From: Lama guanicoe
Lineage: Eukaryota
Direction of reading: 5' to 3'
Assembly: GCA_013239625.1 (NCBI GenBank)
Contig: MU053379.1
Coordinates: 1,046,974 to 1,110,973 of the forward strand
DNA: 64,000 nucleotides
Part shown: positions 39,413 to 52,525 of the stretch, in pieces
Layout: the number at the start of each line of letters is the position of its first letter
Numbering within the stretch: position 1 is the first letter of the stretch
Made by a program: the position numbers and the translations under genes
The notes under the pieces: generated by a model
What the model saw: only the letters and a program-made list of their open reading frames with translations
Told to the model about the DNA's origin: nothing
The model's database searches: none

Positions 39413-40349
39413 GGAATTTAAAATAACGCATTTCTTTCAATACTCCTTCTACAGTCATGGCTGCGAAGGGCCCAGACGACCTGGCAATTCCACCGTTGCA
39501 GCCCCTGATCCCCAAGTCCCTGCTGCTTAGTGGGTGTGTGGCGACAGCTTCACCATGAAATGTCTGGGAAAGGGAAGACGCTTAGCTGTTGTAACAAAGA
39601 GATTCACCCAAATAGAGCAACTTACATGAAAAAGAGTTTCATTTCTCTCAATTCAACATTCCAGACGACAGGGAGCTTCTGAGTCACAGGGTCACTCAGG
39701 AACCTGCTTGCTTTTCCTTTTGTGGCTCTTTCATCCCCTAGGATTTCCCACCCCTGCCACCTGCATGGTCAAAGGCAGACCCTTGCCTTCTCCACGTTTA
39801 GGCTTCTGAGAAAGTTCTCCTTCACTGGACCAGGGAGCTCCAATTGACAGCCCAACATATTTTATAGCCTGAGTATAAAATCTGGAGATTTCGTATAAAA
39901 GTCTAGCTATTTTGCTTCTGGAAAAAGATGGAAAAGCCAGCAACACAGGACCCATGTTCCTTCATGACTTAACTGGCTAGAGTTGAGGGCTGGTGGTTCC
40001 CAATCCACTGTTCCCACCACTCCCACCTGCCATCACTGACCCGCTCCATTCATTTACTGTTGCTCCCTGACTGTAGGAGGTAACTTGAGTTTCCGCATGT
40101 GCAGTGGGCCCCCCAGCTTCCCTCCTAGCCCCCATCAAGACATCCAACGTGGCCAGCTAAGGCATGTCTTACTCTTCATAGGGTATGAGGAATGTGTCAA
40201 AAACATTTTTCTGCCCCCAAATATCCCCAGTATGACAACTTTAACTTTGTGTTAAGAATTGCTTTCTTTCTCCAGGCATATCTTAAATCTAATGAAAGCT
40301 ACTGAGATTAATGAAACAGTAAACTGTCCTTTTAATGGTGAATGCTCCC

Positions 40350-40810
40350 CGTTTCAGTTATCTTTTGCTGTGCAACAGACCATCCCCAAACCTGAGCAAA
40401 GCTCATCTCTGTTCTGTGTTATCTGGGACTGCAGCTGGAATGGCTTATATAGCTGAGGTCTGGTTGGAACAACTGGGGTCATAGGTCTAGGCTGTAGCCC
40501 TTGCTGTTGGCTGGGTTCCCCAGTTCTGCTCTGCATGGCCTCTCCATGAGGCTATCTCGGGCTTCCTCACAGCATGGCAGTGTCAGGAAAGCTGGACTTC
40601 TAACAGGGGGCTGGCTTCCCCCAGGGAGCAAAGGCAGAAACTGCCAGAACTTTTTCAAGCTTAGGCCTAGAAGTGCATCATGTCTGCTCCATTCTATTGG
40701 TCAGAACAAGTCACAGGATCACCCCATATACAAAGGGGATTTCAGGGGAGCAGAAAGAGACTCTGCCTCTCAGTGGGGGAAAGCACAAAGAACTGGTGAC
40801 CATCTTTCAT
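40350..40810 (-). mobile_element. MaLR LTR (MLT1-like)
   Basis: TCAGTTATCTTTTGCTGTGCAACAGACCATCCCCAAA...GGCTTCCTCACAGCATGGC...CATTCTATTGGTCAGAACAAGTCAC. Confidence 0.65.
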
Positions 40811-42379
40811 CCACCTCCTCTTCTCCCTTCCTGCCTTTCTTTCTCTGTCCTCTCTCATCCTCTGCAACTCTGCTTTCAACAGACATGTACAGGAAGTTCC
40901 AGACACTATGCTATTTATAGAAGCACAGAGATAAACACTGTCTTTGACCTCAAGAAGCTCACAATCTAATGGACAAGATAAACTAGCAAACCAACTATTA
41001 GCGTAGAGTGAAAAATATAATGCTCTGTGTGCATGACGGGGCTTTAAAAAAGAAGCCAATGTATTATTCATTTGGGGGAGTACCAAATTCATTTTTTATT
41101 TTTATTTTTTTGGAGCTATATATTATTTATATTCGTAACCCCACACATAATTCAGAGCTTGGATTGGGCCCTCTATAAACACCAATTGAGCCAAAGCATC
41201 AATGAATGTCATTAATACCTGAGCATGGATGAATTTATTTAATCATTTCCTATGAAGAGAAATAACTGGATGGATGTCTTGAAAACTTTAGTAAAATTCA
41301 CTGCCTCATTATTTATTTGCTGATTGCTAAAAATCTCAGGATTTAAAAAATTGCAATTGCTGGCGTAAGATACTAATTCTTGTGAGCAGAGTCTTTGAAG
41401 CATCCCAAGAACCTCAGAATCCTCAGGGGGTACTGTTGGAAAATGGGATGAGCATTCAGAGATCACTGGACATGTGGAGGGAAAGCGAGTAGGAGGGACA
41501 GAGACAGGCAGGGAGTCCTGGGGAGCAAAAGGGATGGGGTCAAGGGTGACTTCAGTCATCTCATAGTCTCCCTGGAAACCTGCAACTTAACTGGCACTTG
41601 TCGCATCGAGGCTAAAGTTGCTTGGTAAAACAAACACTTGTTTGTTTCAGCTATTGCTTATCAAGTTTTCTGTCAGTTGCAGTCAAATGGCTAGTTTTTC
41701 CAAGAGGACAATATACACAGAAAGCAGAGTCTTTGGAGGTGGAGGATGGAGAAATTATTGCTGCAAATCCGTCTTGGGTCAGGGTCCCTGGAAGCAGAAG
41801 CAGTGCTGAAAGTGGGGGTTCTTGTCCACCTGCTTTCTTGGGGGGTGCTCAGAGGAAGCTCTTGTAAGGGAGTGCAAGGAGCAGGAGGAAAAACAAGCAT
41901 GCGTGTGGTTTCAGGTGAAGTCAGGCTCAGCCTGATCCCCTGGGGAGCTCTGAAGTATACATTGCACCATTGTGAATCTGTCTGCCTCGAGGCAAGGGAG
42001 TCAGACTTTTGCACCCCATAATGGCCAGTCATTGGCTGCGACCACCCCAGAGTGTATGTGTGTTGGGGGTGGGGGGCAGGGATGAAAACGTTGCAGCATC
42101 TCTAATGGCCCAAAGGCAAGCCCTGGATAAAGTTGCAGGTGTGAGCCATTAGCAACAGCACCTGCAGCAGCTGTGGGACAGTAAAAGGGACCCCAGGGGA
42201 TCTAGGCAGGGCACCAAGAGCATCTGCTACAGAAGATGACTAATTCTTTCTATGAGTTATGACAAACTTTAAAATCTAATTTATGTACATACCTAGAAGA
42301 ATGGTTAAAATGTACAATGTTTCCCACAAGCTAGTGAAGACTCTTACCTCGCTGGCTCACCCACTTTGCAAAAATGTTT

Positions 42380-43390
42380 GGCTGTACCTACTAACTTAAA
42401 CATACAAAGAAACTGATCGAGCAACTCCACTCCTGCAAATATGCCCAATAGAAGTAAGTGTTTATGTCCATCAAAAGACAAGTAACAGCGGGGAGGGGAT
42501 AGCTCAAGTGGTAGGCACTTAGCATGCAGGAGGTCCTGGGTTCAATCCCCAGTCCCTCCACTAAAAATAAACAAATAAACAAACCTAATTAACCCCCCAA
42601 AAAAGAAAAACAACAACAAAAAAGATAACTAACATGTCAGCAATAAAAAGGAAAGTCCTCTTCATGGGCATCAAAGTAATTATCTGAGTGGAAGCAGCCA
42701 GCCTCCAGTGGTCCATACTGTGTGATTCTATCTACATGACATTCTCAAAGGACAAAACTGCAGCGATGGAGACTAGATCAGCGGTTGTCAGGGATGTCAG
42801 GGATGTTGTCAGAGATGAGGGGTGAGGGATCAGAGGAAGTTCTTTGGGTGATGGGACTGTATCTTGACTGTATGTTGATTGTATAGATCTACCAACATGT
42901 TAAAATTCATAAAATGGCACACACACACAAAGACAACAAATAAATAAAAAGAATTTTTTGTAAGAAAGATCCGTATAAGAATCTCCATAACACTATATTT
43001 ATGGCAGCCTAAACTGGGAGCTTCCCTAGTGTCCACTCAGAAGAACGGACGTGTAATTTGCGGTATGTTCATACTATGAACCTTCACCCAGCTCTGGAAA
43101 AGAACTCGTTACTGGTATGTGGGTGAATCTCACAGAACATTAAGTGCAAGAGGCTGGACACAAAAGAGAACACATTGTACAATTCCATTTACATAATGTT
43201 CAAAAACAGACAAGATTAATCTAAGAGGTTACAAGTCATACCCTCGGGGGTGGTGCGCGGAAGGCTCCTGGGGTGCTGGAACGTGCTCAGTTCTGATCTG
43301 AGTGGTGGCTTCGTGAACATATTCATTTGTAAATTTCATTAAGCTGCATATTTAAGATTTGTATTCTTACTTGTATAAATAATACCCCAG
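42380..43390 (+). mobile_element. Old L1 3' fragments
   Basis: GCAACTCCACTCCTGCAAATATGCCCAATAGAA and CATTGTACAATTCCATTTACATAATGTTCAAAAACAGACAA motifs. Confidence 0.6.
42490..42620 (+). mobile_element. tRNA-Ala-derived SINE with TSD
   Basis: Head and tail as above; flanking AAAAGACAAGTAACA / AAAAGATAACTAACA. Confidence 0.82.
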
Positions 43391-44189
43391 TGTTTTAAAA
43401 CGCTTAACAATTTTATATTATTTTAGTCTGATTTGTCCACGTCTCTAGGTGGTGGTGTGCAAAGGGCTAAGTTTCACTGTCAGCTGTTGATTCCTTGGGA
43501 GCAGTTCTCCTATCTCCGCTTGACCAGCACAGATAGGGCACCGTGCTAGGCTCCAGGGACACAAGAGCAAAGGCATGGTCCCTACCCTAGACAAATATTT
43601 GCTCTCAATAACAAAAGGGATGATAGTATTTGGAATCCACCAAATTCAGGATTATACTTTTGTCTGGCTTGGTGAAAATGCAGATGCCGAAGAACAAGCG
43701 ACTGTTCTCCTCAAGAGGAAAAAGGTTTTTAAAAGCACCTATAACCCCACTGTGGGATTGGGAGGAGATGAGCCCTCACTTACTGCAGTCCCCTCCCCAA
43801 GGGAAGGCTGGCCGTGGACTCTGACAAGCACAGATCAGCGTGATCGCAGAGCTGGGGCCACGTGCCATCTACATTCTAACGAACTTCCTGGGGACACACT
43901 GTTCTTTCCTTTTGTCCCAACATGGGTTTGATTTATGCTCTTTGCCTTATGCCTTCATGTTCCTCCCAAAAAGTCCCCAGGTAAAATGTAAGTCCATTCC
44001 TTGCAAGAAAAATACGAAACCTTGACTCATTTATTGGAGGAGGTTATTTACATACATTAGCTTTGAATGTTGTTCTGATACGATTTTTACACTTATGTTT
44101 TCCCAAGCTCCAAGTACATCAGTCTGTCCTTAAAATGCAAAAAAAAAAAAAAATCCCTTTCAAATAGAAAGATTGGCTAGTTTGACCTC

Positions 44190-46400
44190 TGGTCATAAGA
44201 TAAATAAGTATTAGGGATGTAATGTACAAAATGATAAATACAGTTAACACTGATGTGTTTATATATGAAAGTTGTTAAGAGAGTAAATCCTGAGTTCTCA
44301 TCACACACACACGAAAGTTTTTTCTATTTTGTTAGTTTTGTATCTGTATGAGATGATGAGTGTTTGCTAAACTTACCGTGATGATCACTTCATGACATAT
44401 GTAAGTCACATCATTATGCTTACACCTTAAACTTCTCTAGCTCTCTATGTCAATTATATTTCAATAAAACTAGAAGGAAAAAAAAATTTTTTTAAAGATT
44501 GGCTGGTTTGATCATCTCAGTGGGCTCTAGGGCATAGGGCTGTTCCTAGTTTCCTCACACCTGGCCTGAGGGTGAGCGCCAGATAAAGGGCTGTTTGGGG
44601 TAAGGGCTCTGAGTGGGTGGTTTGCAAGTGTTGGAGAGGATATGTAAAAACTGGAACCCTCACAAGCCTTCATGCATTGCTGGTGGGTATGTAAAATGGT
44701 GCAGCTACTATGAAAAACAATGTGGTGATTCGTTAAAAAGTTAAATATAGACGTGCCATATCGTCCAGCAATACAACGTCTGGGTATATACCCAAAAGAG
44801 CAGAAAGCAGGCAGGCAGACAGATAGTTGTACATCAGTGTTCTCAGTAGCATTATTCACAATAGACAACAGGTGAAAGCAACCAAAATGTCCACTGACAG
44901 ATGAATGGATAAACAAAATGTGATGTGTACATATAATAGAATATTATTGAGTCTTAGAAAGGAAGGAAATTCTGATACATGCTATAATATGGATGAATCT
45001 TAAAAACATTATTCTATGCGAAAAAAGTCAAACATGAGGGGTCAAATATGATATGATTTCTCTTATATGAGGATCCTAGGGTAGAGAAATTCACAGAGAC
45101 AGAAAGTTATCACAGAAGTTACCAGGAGCTTTGGTGGGGGGGCATGGGGGATGATTATTTAGTGGTTACAAAGTTTCTGTTTGAGATGGTGATAAAGTTC
45201 TAGCATAAATAATCATGATGGTTGCAAAACACTGTGAGTGTATTTAATGTCAGTGGATTGCAGATTGAAAGATGGTTAAAATTGTAAATTTACGTTGTGT
45301 GTATTTTTCCACAATAAAAAGATGAAGTATGAGTTAGTAGAGTTGAGAAAAAAGTGGAATTTCAAAGGTATTCTGGAAGTCAATGCCAAATGAAATTTTC
45401 TGGAGTGGCCCTCTGAGTACTACTCTCAGAGTCAGCTAGACACTGCTGCCAAGTGAGAGATCTAGAAAATAGAGTTGAGAAAAGTAGGCAAAATGTAATT
45501 GAAATGCCCAGAGTCTAAAAGGATTAGAAAGAAAATGATGATAGGCAGCCAGAGAAATTCCAATATACACATAACTGGTGTCCCCAAAGAAGAAAACGGA
45601 AATAATAGAACAGAAAATACCATATTTACAGATATAATTTAAGAAATGTTCCAGAAGTAAAAGAAATATGAGTGTACCAAAAGAATGGGCACATCATGCC
45701 AAAAAAAGTTAACTCAAAACATATTCTAGTAACATGATTGGAGTTAAAAGATAAGGAAAGTGTACTTTAAACAAGCATATAAAATAATTAAACAACTGAA
45801 ATTAGGCAGCCCTTAGGTCTCTACCGCTGTTTGATTTTAGAAGACAGATAAGTAAAATCTACATACTCCTCATGGAAAGACAACACGGCCTGATAAATTT
45901 ATTCCCAGCTAAACTATACTTTAGGTACACCGCTAACACAAAAACATTTTTGCATGTGCAAGAATTCAGGAAACATAGTTTTTATAACCCTTTCTTACAG
46001 ATGCTAGGAGGGGAATAAATGGAGAAACAACATTGAAAGTACTGGAAATGACCACTGAATCATGTAAATGTGGGATGAAGATGAAAACAAGTGTGGGAAT
46101 TATGATTACAGGACAGAATGTAAATATTATCAACTCCGGCAGTGAAGAAACGATATACCTAACAAAAGTTGAGAAAGAAAAAGAAGGTGGGAAGTGGAGT
46201 AAGTACTCTGATTTCTTCAATGTTTAGAGCTGGCAGTCGGAAAACATCATCTGAAGTTGATAAATGAAGCGCAGAGATCTACATGTATTTAAAGCTATAA
46301 AGGTAAAGCTTAAAAACAGTATCGACTCTAATTGGGTGGTGGGGAGAGTGGATTTATGCTAATTCTGTGATGTTTATGGAAGGGCATTAAAAAAAAAAGA
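44190..46400 (+). mobile_element. LINE-1 fragments (3' ends at 44190-45325; ORF1-like remnant at 45430-46400)
   Basis: TGCATTGCTGGTGGGTATGTAAAATGGTGCAGCTACTATGAAAAACA; ATAACTGGTGTCCCCAAAGAAGAAAAC ORF1-type motif. Confidence 0.65.
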
Positions 46401-46555
46401 ATACTCTTTGGAATATCCCAGGAAAGAATGTGGGCTATGACAGGAGAATCGGCTGATGGCTGACTTTAGGAGTCTAAAGGAGACAGGGCCACATTGTACT
46501 ACCTGCCTGTTAGAGCCCGCTAGGGCCATACACGAGCCAGGGCTTTATGCTTGTT

Positions 46556-46600
46556 TTTTGTTTTGTTTTGTTTTGTTTTGTTTTGTTTTGTTTTGTTTTG
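46556..46600. repeat. (TTTTG)n microsatellite
   Basis: About 9 perfect TTTTG units. Confidence 0.9.
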
Positions 46601-47096
46601 CCAGCAAGATGGGACAGTTTACTTTAGGTCCAAAATTAAATCTTAGTGAATATTAATCTTAAATTTTGTGTATTTCTGGCCAGGAAATTGGCCTTACAGA
46701 AAATTCCAAAAGAGAAATTGAAACAGATAGAATGCCTCTCAAGTTGACTTCACTGATGAAGAGTGCTCCATTGAGTAACCAGTTTTAATATTTATTTAAA
46801 TAACAAAACTTATTATTGTAATACAGACCTACCTTTATGAAATGGCCGTACAGCAACATAATAAGTTCCTGTCGATACAGGAACAACACCATTGATATTC
46901 GGTCCTATTCTTTCCCGACTTTTTTTTTTTCTTTTTAATTGACATGTAGTTGATTTACAATACATGTTTGCTTTTTAAATAGTCCTAGTGGTGCTTTATG
47001 GGGTGCCATGCGGTGTGATGTTTCCAAAATCATTTGGTGCTGAGACTGGAACACTTACACAGATGGTCACGGGTGCCATTTCAGCTGATGCCCGCC

Positions 47097-50000
47097 ACCT
47101 TTTTCATAAACAAACCATTGCCTCTCTGCCTCCTCTTGCGTTCTCAGCCCTGCCCCACACAACCTTCTAGTTCACCACCCTCTGCCTCCGCCCTCACCTG
47201 CTCCATTCGTGTCCACCCTCCATTCCACTTTGAACCTGTGCCTCCCTATTAATACTTCCCACTAAGTTGATGATTAATACTCCCTAAGTCAGAAGTCACT
47301 TGGAAATCCAGCTCTCCCACAATAGCTGTGAGGACCTGGCCCTGATTCAAGCCCACATAACAGACGCCAGATTACACAGTCAGTGGTGAAGGCATTTTTT
47401 CGAATCTCGCCTTTGTGTGAGTGAAGGTGGAACAGGCATTGGGTGACCACATTGTTCAAACACAGGGCGATGACTGTACTCCCCTCCACTTAGTTTTCAT
47501 TTCTTGGTTCTTCTCCAAACCCCTGATTTCCAACTGTATTTCTTTTTGATGTTTCTTCTTCAAAGAGATTGCAGGAGAGGGCAGAGGGTAGTACGCCAGT
47601 CTAAAGAGTTTGGGTCTTTATCCTATAGGAGTAGGGGGCCACTGAGAGGTTTTTAAGATGGGCAGATTCATATTTTTGTCTTAGAAAGTAAGTTCAATCT
47701 GATGACAGTGGTTCTGTCTCCCACTGATTTTACGTAGGAAGAAGTGTCACACGAGCAATCAATTTCAAAGGGACTTCAAGATCTGAAAACAACTCAGCAA
47801 GGGTGGGGTAGCCTGAGGCTCCCCAGGTTCCAGGGCACCTGAGCTTGAGTTCCTGAGGCTTCGTGTTTGCATGTCACCACCGGCCTCTTCTGTTCTAATC
47901 AGAGCTGATGTCGAAGGGACAGGAGCTGTGAATGGAGCACCTCTCCTGGAGGGGACTTCTGGATCAGCACAAAGCTGAGAGAGGCAGGAGCCAATGCGAT
48001 CGCATGACACCAAGACACTAGAATAAAAGCAGATACACAAGGTTCCCAAGTGCCAGCCTACAAAGCAAACTGTGTTAAATTAGCCATGCTCCCTAATCTT
48101 TGTCCTGTCTAATAAACATAAAAAAAGATGTTTGTACAGCTCCCTGGGACCAATGTGAGGGAGCCTTGCTAATTCTAAATGGAGCTTTGCGGATAATATT
48201 TATTTACATTCTCTTTATATGATGTTATAAAAAGTGAAAATAAAAATTAAAAATCTATAATACTTTAGGAGAAGAAAAATAAAAACAAAGTATTGGGTAA
48301 ATCTAAATTTGGTAACAATTGTGTGATTTTCTTTAATGAAAAACTAGAGCATGATTCTCTGCATCTAATTTTTTTATACCAAGTTTTATGTTCAAAATGT
48401 CTGCACATGGGACCCACTGCCATTGCCATGACCCACAGTAACCAGCGTGAGCTTGCCGGACAGAGAATATGAAAAATTTCATATTCTCTGGAAACTGAGG
48501 TCCCAGAAGGTCAGGGACTGTCCCCCGTGAAGCCAGAAGCCCTTTGTAGAGCCTTGCTCACCAAAAAAAGCAGAGCAACTGGGTTAAGGGAAGATGCTGA
48601 GATGATAGGCTTTCTGCTGCTGCCCACCAGGAGAGGTAGTCCTGGGGAGGGGAGGGGAGGAGTGGGGTAAAATAAAACAAAATAATATAAAACAAAACAA
48701 AATTAAATTAAAAGTAAAATAAAATGCACACAATTCCTAATCAGACATTCAAATTTTTTTTATTGAAATTTAGTTAGTCTACAGTGTTGTGTTAATTTCT
48801 GATGTACAGCATAGTGATTCAGTTACACATATGTATATTCCTTTCCACAGTCTGTTTCATGATAGGCTATTACAAGGTATTGAATACAGCTCCCTGTGCT
48901 GTACAGTGGGACCTTGCTTATCTATTTTATATGTAGTAGTTAGTATCTGCAAGTCCTGAACTCCCGCTTTATCCCTCCACCCTCCTGGTAACCATAAGTT
49001 TGTTTTCTATGTCTGTCTGTGAGTCTGTTACTGTTTTGTAAATAAGATCATTTGCATAATTTTTTGAAGATTCCACATATAAGTGATATCATGTGGTATT
49101 TTTCTCTCTTTCTAGCTTACCTCACTTCATATGACCATCTCCAGGTCCATTCATGTTGCTGCAAATGGCATTATTGCATTCTTTTTTATGGCTGAGTAGT
49201 ATTCCACTGTGTGTTTACCTTTTTCATAAACAAACCATTGCCTCTCTGCCTCCTCTTGCGTTCTCAGCCCTGCCCCACACAACCTTCTAGTTCACCACCC
49301 TCTGCCTCCGCCCTCACCTGCTCCATTCGTGTCCACCCTCCATTCCACTTTGAACCTGTGCCTCCCTATTAATACTTCCCACTAAGTTGATGATTAATAC
49401 TCCCTAAGTCAGAAGTCACTTGGAAATCCAGCTCTCCCACAATAGCTGTGAGGACCTGGCCCTGATTCAAGCCCACATAACAGACGCCAGATTACACAGT
49501 CAGTGGTGAAGGCATTTTTTCGAATCTCGCCTTTGTGTGAGTGAAGGTGGAACAGGCATTGGGTGACCACATTGTTCAAACACAGGGCGATGACTGTACT
49601 CCCCTCCACTTAGTTTTCATTTCTTGGTTCTTCTCCAAACCCCTGATTTCCAACTGTATTTCTTTTTGATGTTTCTTCTTCAAAGAGATTGCAGGAGAGG
49701 GCAGAGGGTAGTACGCCAGTCTAAAGAGTTTGGGTCTTTATCCTATAGGAGTAGGGGGCCACTGAGAGGTTTTTAAGATGGGCAGATTCATATTTTTGTC
49801 TTAGAAAGTAAGTTCAATCTGATGACAGTGGTTCTGTCTCCCACTGATTTTACGTAGGAAGAAGTGTCACACGAGCAATCAATTTCAAAGGGACTTCAAG
49901 ATCTGAAAACAACTCAGCAAGGGTGGGGTAGCCTGAGGCTCCCCAGGTTCCAGGGCACCTGAGCTTGAGTTCCTGAGGCTTCGTGTTTGCATGTCACCAC

Positions 50001-50995
50001 CGGCCTCTTCTGTTCTAATCAGAGCTGATGTCGAAGGGACAGGAGCTGTGAATGGAGCACCTCTCCTGGAGGGGACTTCTGGATCAGCACAAAGCTGAGA
50101 GAGGCAGGAGCCAATGCGATCGCATGACACCAAGACACTAGAATAAAAGCAGATACACAAGGTTCCCAAGTGCCAGCCTACAAAGCAAACTGTGTTAAAT
50201 TAGCCATGCTCCCTAATCTTTGTCCTGTCTAATGAGCTTACAGAGAATATGAAAAATTTCATATTCTCTGGAAACTGAGGTCCCAGAAGGTCAGGGACTG
50301 TCCCCCGTGAAGCCAGAAGCCCTTTGTAGAGCCTTGCTCACCAAAAAAAGCAGAGCAACTGGGTTAAGGGAAGATGCTGAGATGATAGGCTTTCTGCTGC
50401 TGCCCACCAGGAGAGGTAGTCCTGGGGAGGGGAGGGGAGGAGTGGGGTAAAATAAAACAAAATAATATAAAACAAAACAAAATTAAATTAAAAGTAAAAT
50501 AAAATGCACACAATTCCCAATCAGACATTCAAATTTTTTTATTGAAATTTAGTTAGTCTACAGTGTTGTGTTAATTTCTGATGTACAGCATAGTGATTCA
50601 GTTACACATATGTATATTCCTTTCCACAGTCTGTTTCATGATAGGCTATTACAAGGTATTGAATACAGCTCCCTGTGCTGTACAGTGGGACCTTGCTTAT
50701 CTATTTTATATGTAGTAGTTAGTATCTGCAAGTCCTGAACTCCCGCTTTATCCCTCCACCCTCCTGGTAACCATAAGTTTGTTTTCTATGTCTGTCTGTG
50801 AGTCTGTTACTGTTTTGTAAATAAGATCATTTGCATAATTTTTTGAAGATTCCACATATAAGTGATATCATGTGGTATTTTTCTCTCTTTCTAGCTTACC
50901 TCACTTCATATGACCATCTCCAGGTCCATTCATGTTGCTGCAAATGGCATTATTGCATTCTTTTTTATGGCTGAGTAGTATTCCACTGTGTGTTT
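47097..50995. repeat. Tandem duplication: copy 1 47097-49216 (2120 bp), copy 2 49217-50995 (1779 bp)
   Basis: Essentially identical sequence at offset 2120; the duplicated ORFs in the track are identical. Copy 2 lacks 48114-48448 and GCCGG 48455-48459. Confidence 0.95.
48752..49216 (-). mobile_element. L1 3' end, truncated at the duplication junction (copy 1)
   Basis: TTTTTATTGAAATTTAGTT...CTCCAGGTCCATTCATGTTGCTGCAAATGGCATTATT; stops abruptly at 49216. Confidence 0.8.
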
Positions 50996-51470
50996 GTTTG
51001 TGTGTGTGTGTGTGTGTGTGTAAATATATATACACACATACATACCACATCTTCTTTATCCAGTTATCTGTCGATGGACTTTTTAGGTTGCTTCCATGTC
51101 TTGGCTATTGTAAATAGTGCTGCTATGAACATTGGGAAACATGTATGTTTTCAAATTAGAGTTTCCTCCTGATGTATGCCCAGGAGTGGAATTGCTGGAA
51201 CATATGGTAAATCTATTTCTAGTTTTTTAAAAGGAATCTTCATACTGTTTTCCATAATGGCTGCACCAAACTGCATTCCCACCAGCAGTGTAGGAGGGTT
51301 CCCTTTTCACCACACTCTCTGTAGCATTTATCATTTGTGGACTTTTTAATGATGACCACTCTGACCAGTATGAGATGATACCTCATCGTAGTTTTGATTT
51401 GCATTTCTCTGATAATTAGAGATATTGAGCATCTTTTCATTTGCCTATTGGCCATTTGTATGTCTTCATT
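50531..51470 (-). mobile_element. L1 3' portion (copy 2, continuing into ORF2 C-terminal sequence)
   Basis: Same as copy 1 but continues; track ORF 51240-51455 ([23 protein letters not shown]...[10 protein letters not shown]) is L1 ORF2 C-terminus-like. Confidence 0.85.
50996..51041. repeat. (TG)n/(TA)n/(CA)n microsatellite inside an L1 3' region
   Basis: Direct reading; begins right where tandem-duplication homology ends. Confidence 0.85.
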
Positions 51471-52419
51471 GCTGATCCATACATTTTAAATGATAATCTC
51501 TTTAATTCTTGATATTCATCATGGAGGAAAAACTTTCTTGGTGCAAGAAGCGGTGATAAAGATGATAAATGGTAAAGCCATTTTTTTCGGTTCAAACTTT
51601 TACATAAGATTTTGTACAAACTTAGGTCATGCTTATAGAGATGAGCACAAAATCCATGGACCATGTGATTAATCTTCACAAATATTCAGTACCAACACCC
51701 AGATCAAGAAACAGAATGACATGAGCATCTCAGAATCCCCACTCACACCCCATTCTCCCAGCAAAGACTCTGCCCCCCACCCCCCGCCCCCAGCAAGGTG
51801 ACCACCATGCAAATGGAATTTATCCAGATACGGATGTCCTTGGGTGCACACATGTACATAGTTCTGCTGGGCCTCCATCTGGGGCTGAAGCTGCTGGATA
51901 TGGGGTTTGCACCCATTCAGCTCCAGCAGATACAGCAGAAGTGGTTACAAGGGACACTCCCACCAGGAGTACAGAGTGTTCCAGTTGTTCTGTGTCCTTG
52001 TAAACATGTGGTATTGTCAGTTAAAGACATTATTTTTTAACAATGATTCATAAAATTTACAGCAATCAAAATTACATTTAAAGGCCTTAACAGCTCTTTT
52101 CTTCCATTAACAATGGTAACCTTGACATTTTTTTCTGACAATGTGACTGGATTTTGAATCCAAAAGAACTCAGCCACATCAAGTATTCCAAAACCACAAA
52201 CTCTCATCCAGTTTGGGGATGGGTGGTTCACATTGCCGCCAGCTGGAGTGTCACCAAAAGGCCCTGAGAGCTGCAAATGAACAGATTTCTCATGACTGTG
52301 TGAAGACAAAGATCCCTTCTCCCCTCTGAGGGTCCCACTCTTATGACTCATGGGGGGACCACTCACTGGCCGGGGTGCAACATGTGTCATTGCCACGTGC
52401 CTGGCTTGGTACAGTCATG

Positions 52420-52525
52420 CTACTAATTCATCATCTCAACCAGCAAGCCCAGGAGGTAGCAGATATGTCATTGTCCCTACAGTACACAGGAGGAAACTGA
52501 GGTCCCAGAAGGTCAGGGACTGTCC
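52420..52525 (-). mobile_element. MIR SINE fragment
   Basis: CATTGTCCCTACAGTACACAGGAGGAAACTGAGG resembles the MIR core (CCCATTTTACAGATGAGGAAACTGAGG). Similar MIR cores occur near 13890, 19350, 22840, 33710 and 53040. Confidence 0.55.

Noticed and set aside
48200..48275. Bacterial-promoter-like TTTACA-N17-TATAAA and AGGAGA within the 335-bp block
   Set aside because: Expected by chance in AT-rich DNA; no ORF follows and there is no other evidence of prokaryotic origin.
47289..50169. Two pairs of identical ORFs (66 aa and 94 aa)
   Set aside because: By-products of the tandem duplication; non-ATG starts and no recognisable domain or exon structure.
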